Shown here: positions 39,468 through 47,702 of the stretch, one piece after another
How the letters are laid out: each line of letters begins with the position of its first letter
Numbering within the stretch: the first letter of the stretch is position 1
From: Thermoproteus sp.
GTDB taxonomy: Archaea > Thermoproteota > Thermoprotei > Thermoproteales > Thermoproteaceae
DNA length: 48,336 nucleotides
Assembly: GCA_049976425.1 (NCBI GenBank)
Contig: JBMFIG010000010.1
Span: 1 to 48,336, forward strand
Direction: 5' to 3'
Notes under the pieces: generated by a model
Database searches by the model: none
What the model was told of the DNA's origin: nothing
Seen by the model: only the letters and a program-made list of their open reading frames with translations
Position numbers and translations under genes: made by a program

Positions 39468-39968
39468 CTAGTATTTAACAATTGCTCTTTCAAGTTTCGC
39501 CGCCCCTTTAGTTTTGTAGGTTATTTGATATAAATATCCCACAACTAAGAATGCGAACATAAGTATAAAGAGTATAACCATTATTACTGTTAATATTTTA
39601 TTTATAATTGTTGTTTTTACACTTTTTATTGTTATAAAGATATTTTGAGAAGAACCATTTATGTATATATATTTGACGAAGGAGAAGTTGTAGACGGACT
39701 GCCCCGGCGGCGCCGCCAACGTGGCGTTGTTTATGAAAACCACGCCGTAGACCTCCTCCCCCACCGAGACCGGCACGTAGGCCGTCCCGCCGCCCGTGTT
39801 GTTTATGAAGAGCAGAACCAAGCCGCCGTCGGGCGTCACGTTGAGGGGTCTTACGGGCCCCGAGTAGTACGTAGTGACCGAGTAGGGGTTGAGGAGGAGG
39901 TAGAGGGCCAGCAGAGCCGCGCCGATGCCGAAGACGTACGCCAGCCTCGTCAGCAACTCAGGCGACAC
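39468..39968 (-). CDS. Hypothetical two-TM membrane protein
   Basis: 166 aa with N- and C-terminal TM helices and sequons between them; TTTTAA about 20 nt upstream; 3' half extremely AT-rich. Confidence 0.7.
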   Translation of the reverse strand: MSPELLTRLAYVFGIGAALLALYLLLNPYSVTTYYSGPVRPLNVTPDGGLVLLFINNTGGGTAYVPVSVGEEVYGVVFINNATLAAPPGQSVYNFSFVKYIYINGSSQNIFITIKSVKTTIINKILTVIMVILFILMFAFLVVGYLYQITYKTKGAAKLERAIVKY

Positions 39969-39993
39969 TAGCCGACATGGGCACCCGTTAAAA

Positions 39994-40194
39994 GCTTAGC
40001 CGCCGCCAGCTCGCCTAAGACGCTGGCGGTGATGGTCGGGAGGGGATTCCAGGCAAGCCGTATCGCCGCAGTGCACGACCGCGGAGCGCAACAGATGACG
40101 AGACCTTGGATCGCTTACCCTAGCCGCTTCTGGATGCCGTGACGATCCTCCGGTAGCGGCGGGCGAAGCCGTGTGTGGTCTATGGCGGCTAAGC
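39994..40194. repeat. About 200-nt element bounded by 11-bp perfect inverted repeats with nested internal hairpins
   Basis: GCTTAGCCGCC (39994-40004) / GGCGGCTAAGC (40184-40194). Internal stems 40003-40010/40022-40029, 40034-40038/40076-40080 and 40123-40134/40149-40160. Confidence 0.55.
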
Positions 40195-40212
40195 AATCTA
40201 TAATAAGTATAG

Positions 40213-40336
40213 TGGGGCCGCCGGGATTTGAACCCGGGGCCTCCCGGCTGCTCGGGCCGGGCGCCCTTTATGAGCCCTACGCGGGACTGGCCGGGACTGA
40301 GTCCCAGGGCGCTCTACCTAGCTAAGCTACGGCCCC
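40213..40336 (-). tRNA. tRNA with CAU anticodon (most likely Ile2), two introns (29/30 and 37/38 or 38/39)
   Basis: GGGGCCG/CGGCCCC acceptor stem, D arm GCTTAGCTAGGTAGAGC, T loop TTCAAAT. Removing 40277-40306 and a 20-nt segment near 40248-40268 restores the CCCGG-CTCAT..-CCGGG arm. G2-C71 favours Ile2 over Met; CCA is not encoded. Confidence 0.9.
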
Positions 40337-40358
40337 TGACCCATTGAAACTGGGGCAC

Positions 40359-40370
40359 ATTTAAAGTTTA
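40359..40370 (-). promoter_or_regulatory. TATA box of the tRNA gene
   Basis: Minus strand TAAACTTTAAAT about 25 nt upstream of the mature 5' end. Confidence 0.65.
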
Positions 40371-40407
40371 CCGCGCGGTCTTTATTAGCAGGCGTCTGTT
40401 CGCCTAT

Positions 40408-41995
40408 ATGGACCTCCTTCCGTTTCTCGTGGCCGGCGTCGTGGTCGCCGTAGTCGCCGCGTCTACTATAGGCCCGACGTGCCGGCCTTCCTGGGGCTCC
40501 TCGCGCTGGTCGGCCTCGGCGTGTATAGGCTGGAGGAGGCCCTCTCTTTCCTCGTGAGCCCCGCCGTGGTCACCCTCTTCGGCGCCATGGCCATAGGCTA
40601 CGTCATATCGGAGTCCGGGGCCATGGAGCTCGTGGGGAGCGCCATACTGTCGAGGGTGAGGAGCCTGCCCTTGGTGGCCCTCTTGATCTACCTCGCCGCC
40701 AGGCTCATGTCGGCCTTCGTGTCGGACGTGGCGGTGATGCTTGCCATGTCGGCTATGCTGTCCAACGCGGCCAGGAAGCTCAAGGCCCCGCCCGCCGCCT
40801 ACGTCATACCGCTGTCGTTCGCCGTGGTGCTGGGCGGCATGGTGGGGACGGCTGCCAACATAATCCTCTTGGGCGACTACGCGGCGAACACGGGGGAGAG
40901 GCTCGGCATATTTGCCTTCACGTCCAAGCTCCTCGTCTCGTACCTAATCACGGCGCCTCTCCTCGTCGCCGCGGCTCTGCTGATACAGAGATTCGCCAGG
41001 GGGATTGCCGCGCCCAGGAAGACGTTGGTCATGAGGGCCACCGTGGGCGAGTCCCTCGACGGCGCCGATAAGGGCGAGGTGGAGCGGAAGTTCGGCGTGC
41101 AGATCCTGGCGAGGGCCCGGACGCTCTCCAAGTTCAGCTCGGTGCTGATAAGAGGCCCCATAGACGAGCTCCCCGCCCTTCTGTCGTCCAAGGAACTCTC
41201 GGTGGAGCCGCTCGGCGAGAGGAAGAGCGACTACGTGGAGCTATTGATAGTGACCCCCCAGGTCGCGGCTGGTGGGGCGTAGCCTCTACTCCGAGCCCAT
41301 CCACGAGCTCTTCCCGGTGTCGGTCATCGGGGTTGTCCCCAGCGGCCGGGTGTACAGCCTCGAGACCTACGAGTTCAGGCCTGGCGACGGTGGCCGGGGA
41401 CGAGAAGGCCATCGGCAGGCTCGCCTCGGCGTACGGGCTGGCGAGATCCAAGGAGCAGGTCAAGCTCTTCAGCCCGCGCCTGGCGGCCTCCGGCGTAGCC
41501 GGCCTGGCGGCGGCCGTGGCGCTGAGCGAGCTCCTCCCCACCGCCTTGGCCTTCATAGTGGGGGCCCTCGTTGCGCTTCTCGGCGGCGGGAGGCCGGTGG
41601 AGAGGCTGTACCAGGCCGTGTCGTGGGACGCCTTGATCTACGTGGGCTCCTTCATAGCCATAGGCCGGGCGGCGGCTGAGCTGGGCCTTCTGAGCCCGCT
41701 GACGCCCTATCTGTCGAGCCCGGCGGCCCTCTTCGCCGTCGGCCTCGCGCTGTCCAACACCGTAGGCGCGGTGCCCGCCGCCACGTTGCTGGGGCCTCTG
41801 ATAGCCGGGAAGAGCGCCCTCCTGGCCCTCGTCGCCTCCATCATGCCGCTCCTTCTGCCCTTCGCGCACCCCGCCGTCTACCTCGCCTATAGGCAGTCCG
41901 ACATGCCGCTCAAGGACTATCTAAAGGCCTCTTCCCTCGGCCTCGCCGCCGCGGCGGCCGCCGCCTACGTTGCCCTGTTCCTCCTAAGGATCTAG
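40408..41995 (+). pseudogene. SLC13/CitMHS-type transporter with TrkA-C-like domains, three frameshifts
   Basis: Four reading-frame segments join into one protein: MDLLPF.. / YYRPDVPAF..SAFVSD..GTAANI / TPRSRLVGRSL..FRPGD / VAGDE..VSWDAL..PFAHPA. Shifts near 40460, at 41254-41259 (C6 run) and near 41389. Confidence 0.8.
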
Positions 41996-42777
41996 CCGCC
42001 CAGCGCCTCCTGGATATTCCTCAAGAAGGCCTCCCGGTCGAAGTAGCCCGGCTTGTAGCCCACGAGCGTCAAGTTCGACAGGATGCTCTCTCTTACGTAG
42101 CGGCCGGGCGCTATCTCGAGGAGTTGGCGAGTCGTCTGTTCTGCGACGAGCGGCACGCCTTGGGGAGATAGACAGACGGTCTCGGTCGTGTTCGTCCTAG
42201 TCGAGCCGGGCGGCGATTTAACGACCCTCTCCACGTCGATGCTGTAGCACTGAGCTACCTGGCCCAGAACTTGGCGCTGGCCTGCATACGATATGTGGAC
42301 TGTCTCGACGACGTAGTAATTGCTGTAGACATACGTACTATTCCCTATGGCCAGATAGCCCAGCGGGACGTATAGGTAGAAAAACTCGGGCGATCCAGGC
42401 CAGTTGCAGTTCGCGCTACGCGCCAGGCGGCCGTCTCGCTCTATCACGACCGCCGTACAGAGCCTCGACCCGTTTATCCAGATAGACGTATTAAAGAGGA
42501 TGGGGCCTTGTTGTGAGATCGGCCTGTAGGATATGAACAGCTCGCGCGCCGACGCGTTGAAGCTGTACTCCACAACATACCGCTGGAGCTCCAACAGGGC
42601 CCCCGACTGGTTCAACGCAAACGTCACGTTGTATACAAGGGTGGCCGAGCCGTTCTCGACGAGCCGGCTGGCCGCGCGTATGTAGCTGGGCCCCCTGCCG
42701 GAGCTAGACAAGGCGACGTAGAGCACGAGAGCCGCCGCCAGCGCCGCGAACGCCGCCGCGACCCACTTGCTGACCAT
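41992..42777 (-). CDS. Hypothetical membrane-anchored extracellular protein
   Basis: Start MVSKW; N-terminal TM; beta-rich with sequons and two Cys pairs. Confidence 0.75.
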   Translation of the reverse strand: MVSKWVAAAFAALAAALVLYVALSSSGRGPSYIRAASRLVENGSATLVYNVTFALNQSGALLELQRYVVEYSFNASARELFISYRPISQQGPILFNTSIWINGSRLCTAVVIERDGRLARSANCNWPGSPEFFYLYVPLGYLAIGNSTYVYSNYYVVETVHISYAGQRQVLGQVAQCYSIDVERVVKSPPGSTRTNTTETVCLSPQGVPLVAEQTTRQLLEIAPGRYVRESILSNLTLVGYKPGYFDREAFLRNIQEALGG

Positions 42778-42815
42778 ACCTCCGCCGCTAGTCGAACATA
42801 TAACCTTTCCGCCGA

Positions 42816-43238
42816 TCAGCTCTCGGCGCGTCTCTGCGGCTCGCGGAACCACCCTCCGGCCCTCCTCACGAGCCCCCGCCTCCTCGCGTAGTCGAGGACC
42901 GCGGCTCTCAGCTCCTCGAACCTCGCCGCGTCGCCGCACAGGAGCTTCCCGTCGGCCACCGCGTCGAGGACCACCATGGACCAGCCCAGCACGTCCTCGA
43001 GCTTGTCCAGAGGTAGCCAGACGATCTGGCCGACCCCGCTCTGCTCCACCCGGTACTCGCCGCTCTCGACGACGGCCAGAAGGTCCCAGTCGCTGAGCGG
43101 CGTGTGGTCCCCTCTGGCGCGCGAGCCGAAGAGCGCGACGGCCACGGCCTTTCTGCAGAGCTCCTCCACGAGGCGCCGGGCGGCCTCCTCCCGCTCCCTC
43201 GACACCTCACGCAGAGCCTCCAGCCACCTCTCGAACAT
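42816..43238 (-). CDS. Minimal nucleotidyltransferase (MNT) antitoxin
   Basis: 'LFGSRARGDHTPLSDWDLL' fits the GS-x10-DxD motif. Confidence 0.9.
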   Translation of the reverse strand: MFERWLEALREVSREREEAARRLVEELCRKAVAVALFGSRARGDHTPLSDWDLLAVVESGEYRVEQSGVGQIVWLPLDKLEDVLGWSMVVLDAVADGKLLCGDAARFEELRAAVLDYARRRGLVRRAGGWFREPQRRAES

Positions 43239-43593
43239 AGCCCCACACAGACTCCATACACCTCACCGCCTCCTCCGCCTCCCACCTTCTGTATTCGTTG
43301 AGCCGTGCGTCGGGATACCGGGCCTGCACGTAGTGAGACTCCAACGACTCGGCGCACCTCATCACGTCCTCGGGGACCGGCTTGTCGAGCACCTTCGCCA
43401 GATAGGACAACAGCTCGGACACCGAATGCGTCAAGGGCCGGGAGCCCGTCAGCCTTATCAAGACCCCCTTGAGGAGGAGCTCGGCGGCTTGCTGGGCGAA
43501 GAAGGCGGCCGAATCGTACCGGCCGTTGGCCAGATCCTCCTTGGCGTACTCCCTATATCTCGCCGCCTTCCTCGCCCAGATTTCGTGCGCCAC
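43207..43593 (-). CDS. HEPN domain protein
   Basis: GTG start at 43593; 'W..KA...A..DL..G.YD.AAF.AQQAAELLLKG', 'THS..EL' and 'HYVQARYPD'. Confidence 0.9.
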   Translation of the reverse strand: MAHEIWARKAARYREYAKEDLANGRYDSAAFFAQQAAELLLKGVLIRLTGSRPLTHSVSELLSYLAKVLDKPVPEDVMRCAESLESHYVQARYPDARLNEYRRWEAEEAVRCMESVWGYVREVAGGSA

Positions 43594-43662
43594 GGAGGGA
43601 TCGCGCCCGGCAATAAAAAGGATTGCCGCCCCGGCGCCGGAAGCCTCAAATAGCTCGGCGCG

Positions 43663-44364
43663 TTGATACGCGTGGAGGTGTTCGTTGGGACGAGCGGCTG
43701 GATGTACGACTGGAACCCCGACTCGTTGGACTGGTACGTGTCTAGCTCGGGCCTCAACGCCGTGGAGCTCAACGCCTCCTTCTACCGGTTCCCCTCCAGG
43801 AGGCAGGTGGAGTCCTGGGCCAGGAAGGGCGGAGGCTTGCGTTGGGCCGTGAAGATACACCGGTACATAACCCACGTGAAGAGGCTGAAGGAGGACTCCC
43901 TCGGCGTGTTCGGGAAGTTCAAGGAGCTCTTCGCGCCGCTCGACCCCTACATAGACTTCTATCTGGCCCAGCTCCCGCCCGGCTTCGACAAGAGGCAGGA
44001 GAACGTGGAGAGGCTCAAGAAATTCGCAGAGGCGTCGGGGCTCGGCCGGAGGCTCGCCGTGGAGTTCAGACACGGGAGCTGGTTCTCCGAGGACACAGCC
44101 GCCTTGTGCGAGGAGCTGGGGATAACCGCCGTGTCTGTCGACGAGCCGGGCGCCGCCTGGATCGTGGAGACCAACGGCGTTGTCTACCTCCGCATGCACG
44201 GCAGATCTGCGTGGTACGCCCACGAGTACACCGCCGAGGAGCTCGAGGAGGTGGCGGGGAGGATCCTCTCGCTAAAGCCCGAGAAGGTCTACGTCTTCTT
44301 CAACAACGACCATTGGATGTTGGAGAACGCCCGCGCCATGTTGCACCTATTGAGAAGAAATTAA
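43663..44364 (+). CDS. DUF72 family protein
   Basis: 'VGTSGW', 'VELNASFY', 'ITH', 'QLPP', 'VEFRHGSW', 'YLRMHG' and 'VFFNND'; the start may be GTG 43672. Confidence 0.92.
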   Translation: MIRVEVFVGTSGWMYDWNPDSLDWYVSSSGLNAVELNASFYRFPSRRQVESWARKGGGLRWAVKIHRYITHVKRLKEDSLGVFGKFKELFAPLDPYIDFYLAQLPPGFDKRQENVERLKKFAEASGLGRRLAVEFRHGSWFSEDTAALCEELGITAVSVDEPGAAWIVETNGVVYLRMHGRSAWYAHEYTAEELEEVAGRILSLKPEKVYVFFNNDHWMLENARAMLHLLRRN

Positions 44365-44383
44365 TAGATGGCTGATACGGGCC

Positions 44384-45337
44384 ATGGACTATATAAAGTT
44401 GGGTAAAACCGATATGAAGGTTTCTAGGATAGGCCTAGGCGTGTGGCAGTTCGACGAATACGCCTGGGGGCCTATGGACTACGAGAGGGCCAAGTCCATA
44501 GTGGCGAGGGCCTACGAGCTCGGCATAAACTTCTTCGACACGGCGGCGGTCTACGGCAGGGGGAGGTCCGAGGAGTTCTTGGGGAGAGCGATCAGAGAGC
44601 TGGGGCTGAGGGACAGAGTCTACATCGCCACGAAGATACCGGGCGACTGGCACAGAAGAGGCGACGTGTTCAAGTCCGTGGAGAACCAGAGGAGGAGGCT
44701 CGGCGTAGACGCGATAGACCTCATCCAGCTCCACTGGCCCTCTTGTTGGCACAACGTGCCCATATGCGAGACCATGAAGGCCCTCGAGGAGCTCGTCGAC
44801 AGAGGCCTCGTGAGGTATATAGGGGTCAGCAACTACCCGCCCCAGTTGCTGGAGGCCGGCAGGCAGTGCCTCTCCAAGACCGACATAGCGACGAGCCAAA
44901 ACCGCTACAATCTGCTGGAGAGGGACGCCGACAAGGAGCTCCTGCCCTACCTCAGGAGGAACGGGATAGCGCTCATAGCCTGGTCCCCGCTCGCCAAGGG
45001 CGCCGTCACCAGCAAATACACGGCCGACAATCTGCCTGCCTTCAACGACGTGAGGAGGAACGACCCGCTGTTCCAGCCCGACAACTTGAGGATAGCGGAG
45101 CCCCTCGTAGCCGAGGTGAAGAGGCTCGCGGCCAAATACGGCAAGACCCCCGCGCAGGTCGCGCTCAACTGGATGATAAGGGACCCCATAATCTACCCGA
45201 TACCGGGCGCCAAGACGCCGGAGCAGGTCGCCGAGAACGCGGGGGCCGTCGGCTGGTCTCTGTCGGAGGAGGACTGGGCGGCGCTCGACAAGATAAGCAG
45301 AGAGGTCTCCGAGAAGATAAGCTACGTCACGTTCTAG
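44384..45337 (+). CDS. Aldo/keto reductase
   Basis: 'FDTAAVYG' (D,Y), 'IATK', 'QLHWP', 'IGVSN', 'WSPLAKG' and 'IPGAK'. Confidence 0.95.
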   Translation: MDYIKLGKTDMKVSRIGLGVWQFDEYAWGPMDYERAKSIVARAYELGINFFDTAAVYGRGRSEEFLGRAIRELGLRDRVYIATKIPGDWHRRGDVFKSVENQRRRLGVDAIDLIQLHWPSCWHNVPICETMKALEELVDRGLVRYIGVSNYPPQLLEAGRQCLSKTDIATSQNRYNLLERDADKELLPYLRRNGIALIAWSPLAKGAVTSKYTADNLPAFNDVRRNDPLFQPDNLRIAEPLVAEVKRLAAKYGKTPAQVALNWMIRDPIIYPIPGAKTPEQVAENAGAVGWSLSEEDWAALDKISREVSEKISYVTF

Positions 45338-45363
45338 TAAAGAGTCCTTTTTCCCCCAACCCC

Positions 45364-46287
45364 CTAGGGCGTCACGGCGGCTAGGACGGCCTTCGCCGTG
45401 TGTAGCCTGTTCTCCGCCTGGTCCCACACCACGGATCTGGGGCCGTCTATGACGTCGTCTGTGACCTCCATGCCTCTATGCGCGGGCAGGCAGTGCATGA
45501 AGAGCGCTTGCGGGCCCGCCAGCTCCATGACGGACGCGTTTACCTGGTAGGGCCTCAGAAGCCTCTCCCTCTCCTCGGCCTCCTTCTCGAAGCCCATGGA
45601 GACCCAGACGTCGGTATACACCGCGTCGACGCCCTTGAGCTCCTCCAGCGAGTCGGTCTGGTACACCCGCGCGCCTGTCAGCCCGGCGTCCTCGGCCAGC
45701 TTCGACAAGTCGTTGCGCCACAGCTGTCTCGGGCCCACCAGCCTCACCTCCCAGCCCAGCTTGGAGCCTATCACAGCCAGGCTCGCCGCCACGTTGTTCC
45801 CCACGTCGCCCACGAACGCCACCTTAAGGCCGTTGAGGCGCCCCCTCTTCTCCCAGAGGGTCAGCGCGTCGGCGAGGGACTGGAGCGGGTGGAACTTGTC
45901 CGACAAGAGGTTCAGCACGGGGACGTCTGCGTATTGGGCCAGCTCCTCCAACGTCTCGTGCTTGAACACCCTGGCGGCTATCACGTGGGCGTACCGCGAT
46001 AGGGTCCTCGCCGTGTCGGGCACGGTCTCCCCTCTGCCCAGCTGGAGCTCCTGGGGGTTCGCGACTATGACGTTCATGCCGAGCTGGTACGCCGCGGCCG
46101 ACGTGGAGACCCTCGTCCTCGTAGACGGCTTCTCGAATATCAAGACGGCCGTCTTGCCGAGGTGTATCGGCGTGTATACCTCCCCCGCGTGGTATCTGGC
46201 CTTGAACCCCTTGGCCATCTCCAGCAACGCGACGACCTCGTCCGGCTTGAACTCCATCAACGTGAGGACGTCCCTCCCCCGAAACAT
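45364..46287 (-). CDS. argF: Ornithine carbamoyltransferase
   Basis: 'STRT', 'HPLQ', 'TDVWVSMG', 'HCLP' and 'QAENR'. Confidence 0.97.
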   Translation of the reverse strand: MFRGRDVLTLMEFKPDEVVALLEMAKGFKARYHAGEVYTPIHLGKTAVLIFEKPSTRTRVSTSAAAYQLGMNVIVANPQELQLGRGETVPDTARTLSRYAHVIAARVFKHETLEELAQYADVPVLNLLSDKFHPLQSLADALTLWEKRGRLNGLKVAFVGDVGNNVAASLAVIGSKLGWEVRLVGPRQLWRNDLSKLAEDAGLTGARVYQTDSLEELKGVDAVYTDVWVSMGFEKEAEERERLLRPYQVNASVMELAGPQALFMHCLPAHRGMEVTDDVIDGPRSVVWDQAENRLHTAKAVLAAVTP

Positions 46288-46316
46288 ATAGCCGTATATA
46301 GCCTACATTTTATATA

Positions 46317-46787
46317 TTGATGCAGAGGGCCAAGGCGGGCGCGGGGTACTCGCCAGAGGACAGGAGGCTGTTTCCGCGGCTCACCGTGCGCGAGAACCTC
46401 ACGTTGCCGGTGACCTCTCTGGGGCTGAGCACCGAGAGGCTCGAGCTAGTGCTCTCGCTCATGCCCGTGTTGAGAGACCTCATGGACCGCAACGCCGCTT
46501 CCCTATCGGGCGGACAGCAGAAGCTGGTCGCCTTGGCCAGAGCCCTAATCGTCGGGACCAAGGTGGTGCTCCTCGACGAGATCTTCGAGGGGCTTTCGCC
46601 GAAGATGAGAGACGACGTGGCTCTGATAATCCGGGAATACGTGAGGACCACGGGGGCCTCGACGCTTCTGGCGGAGTCCAACGAGGGCTACGTGAAGTGG
46701 GCCGACGCGACGGTTTATATAGATAGGGGGAGGGTCGTCGGAGGGAGCGGCGGAGCGCCTAGCCGAGCCCCAGCGCCTTCTCGATGA
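46317..46787 (+). pseudogene. 5'-truncated branched-chain amino acid ABC ATPase (LivF-like)
   Basis: Has 'PEDRRLFPRLTVRENL', LSGGQ and 'LLDEIFEGLSP' but no Walker A. Only 29 bp separate it from the argF start, leaving no room for the N-terminus. Confidence 0.7.
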
Positions 46788-47562
46788 CGGCCCAGGCCCT
46801 CTCGGCGAGCTCGCCGCCCGGCCTCTCGAAGACGCCTAGATCAGTCGCCGCCACGTCTATCAACGACGACTTGAACTTGTCGAACAGGGGAATCTCGATC
46901 CTCCTGCCTAGGACCTCAGCAACTACCCTGTAGGGCTCGGGGCTGGGCAACGGCGCCGCCTTGTAGCTCTCGAACACGGCAATGGACGCGGCCCCGACCG
47001 CCCTCGCCGTGGCCAGCAACGGGAGGGTACCCACTTTGTTGAAGGCGTAGCCGTCTGCGTACAGCCCGTCGAGGCCGAAGACGGCGTAGTCGAAACGGAC
47101 AGACCCCACGGCGGAGTCGGGTATCGGGACCACGTCTACATGCCTGCCGTACTCCTCGACCGCCGCCGCGGCCTCCTCGCCGGGCCTCGACTCCAGCAGG
47201 TAGAGCCGCTTGATGCAGTCCCTCCTGACCGCGACGAAGTCGGCCACAGCTCTCGAGAAGCTTATCGTGACGAAGTCGGCGGGGCACCTGAGGCCGAGGC
47301 CGGCAACGGTCGACCTCAGAACCTCTTGGGCCCGCTCGGCGTAGCCGAGGAGCCCCTCGACGGCTCGCCTCAGCTCGACGCCGCGTCTCCTGGCCGTCTC
47401 GACTACTAAGGCGATTAGGTCCAGAGGCGCCATGCCTGGCCTCACCCGCCTCAGCTCCTCGACGGCTCTCTCCGGCGACTCGGCCTCGGCCAAGATCTTC
47501 AAGGCCTCCCTCAGATACCAGGAGGCGCCTCTCATTCTCTCCGACCTCAGTAGGTCGAGCAC
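46759..47562 (-). CDS. eIF-2B alpha/beta/delta / ribose-1,5-bisphosphate isomerase superfamily protein
   Basis: 'RGAS', 'RPGMAPL', 'TISFS', 'ESRP', 'IPDS' and 'GLD...NKVGT'. Confidence 0.85.
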   Translation of the reverse strand: MLDLLRSERMRGASWYLREALKILAEAESPERAVEELRRVRPGMAPLDLIALVVETARRRGVELRRAVEGLLGYAERAQEVLRSTVAGLGLRCPADFVTISFSRAVADFVAVRRDCIKRLYLLESRPGEEAAAAVEEYGRHVDVVPIPDSAVGSVRFDYAVFGLDGLYADGYAFNKVGTLPLLATARAVGAASIAVFESYKAAPLPSPEPYRVVAEVLGRRIEIPLFDKFKSSLIDVAATDLGVFERPGGELAERAWAVIEKALGLG

Positions 47563-47702
47563 GGGAGGACGAGATCCCCCCTCAATAAAGCTTACGGCCT
47601 AATACTCCTTTCTGCTGTTGGAAAACCTAATAGAGGTGTAGCTGATAGGCGTGCCTAGCCCTCAGCAGACGACCTAAAAGAAGAGGGAAAAGCTGTTATT
47701 TT

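Noticed and set aside
39994-40194. RNase P (type T) RNA, permuted SRP RNA or C/D box sRNA
   Set aside because: No GAGGAA..UCC / ACAGAA..CGG P4 pair, no SRP helix 8 CAGG-GNRA-AGCA motif, and the C-box-like AUGACGA lacks a matching CUGA D box.
43594-44223. Apparent 338-aa HEPN fusion protein
   Set aside because: The extension is antisense to the DUF72 gene; the HEPN domain starts at GTG 43593.
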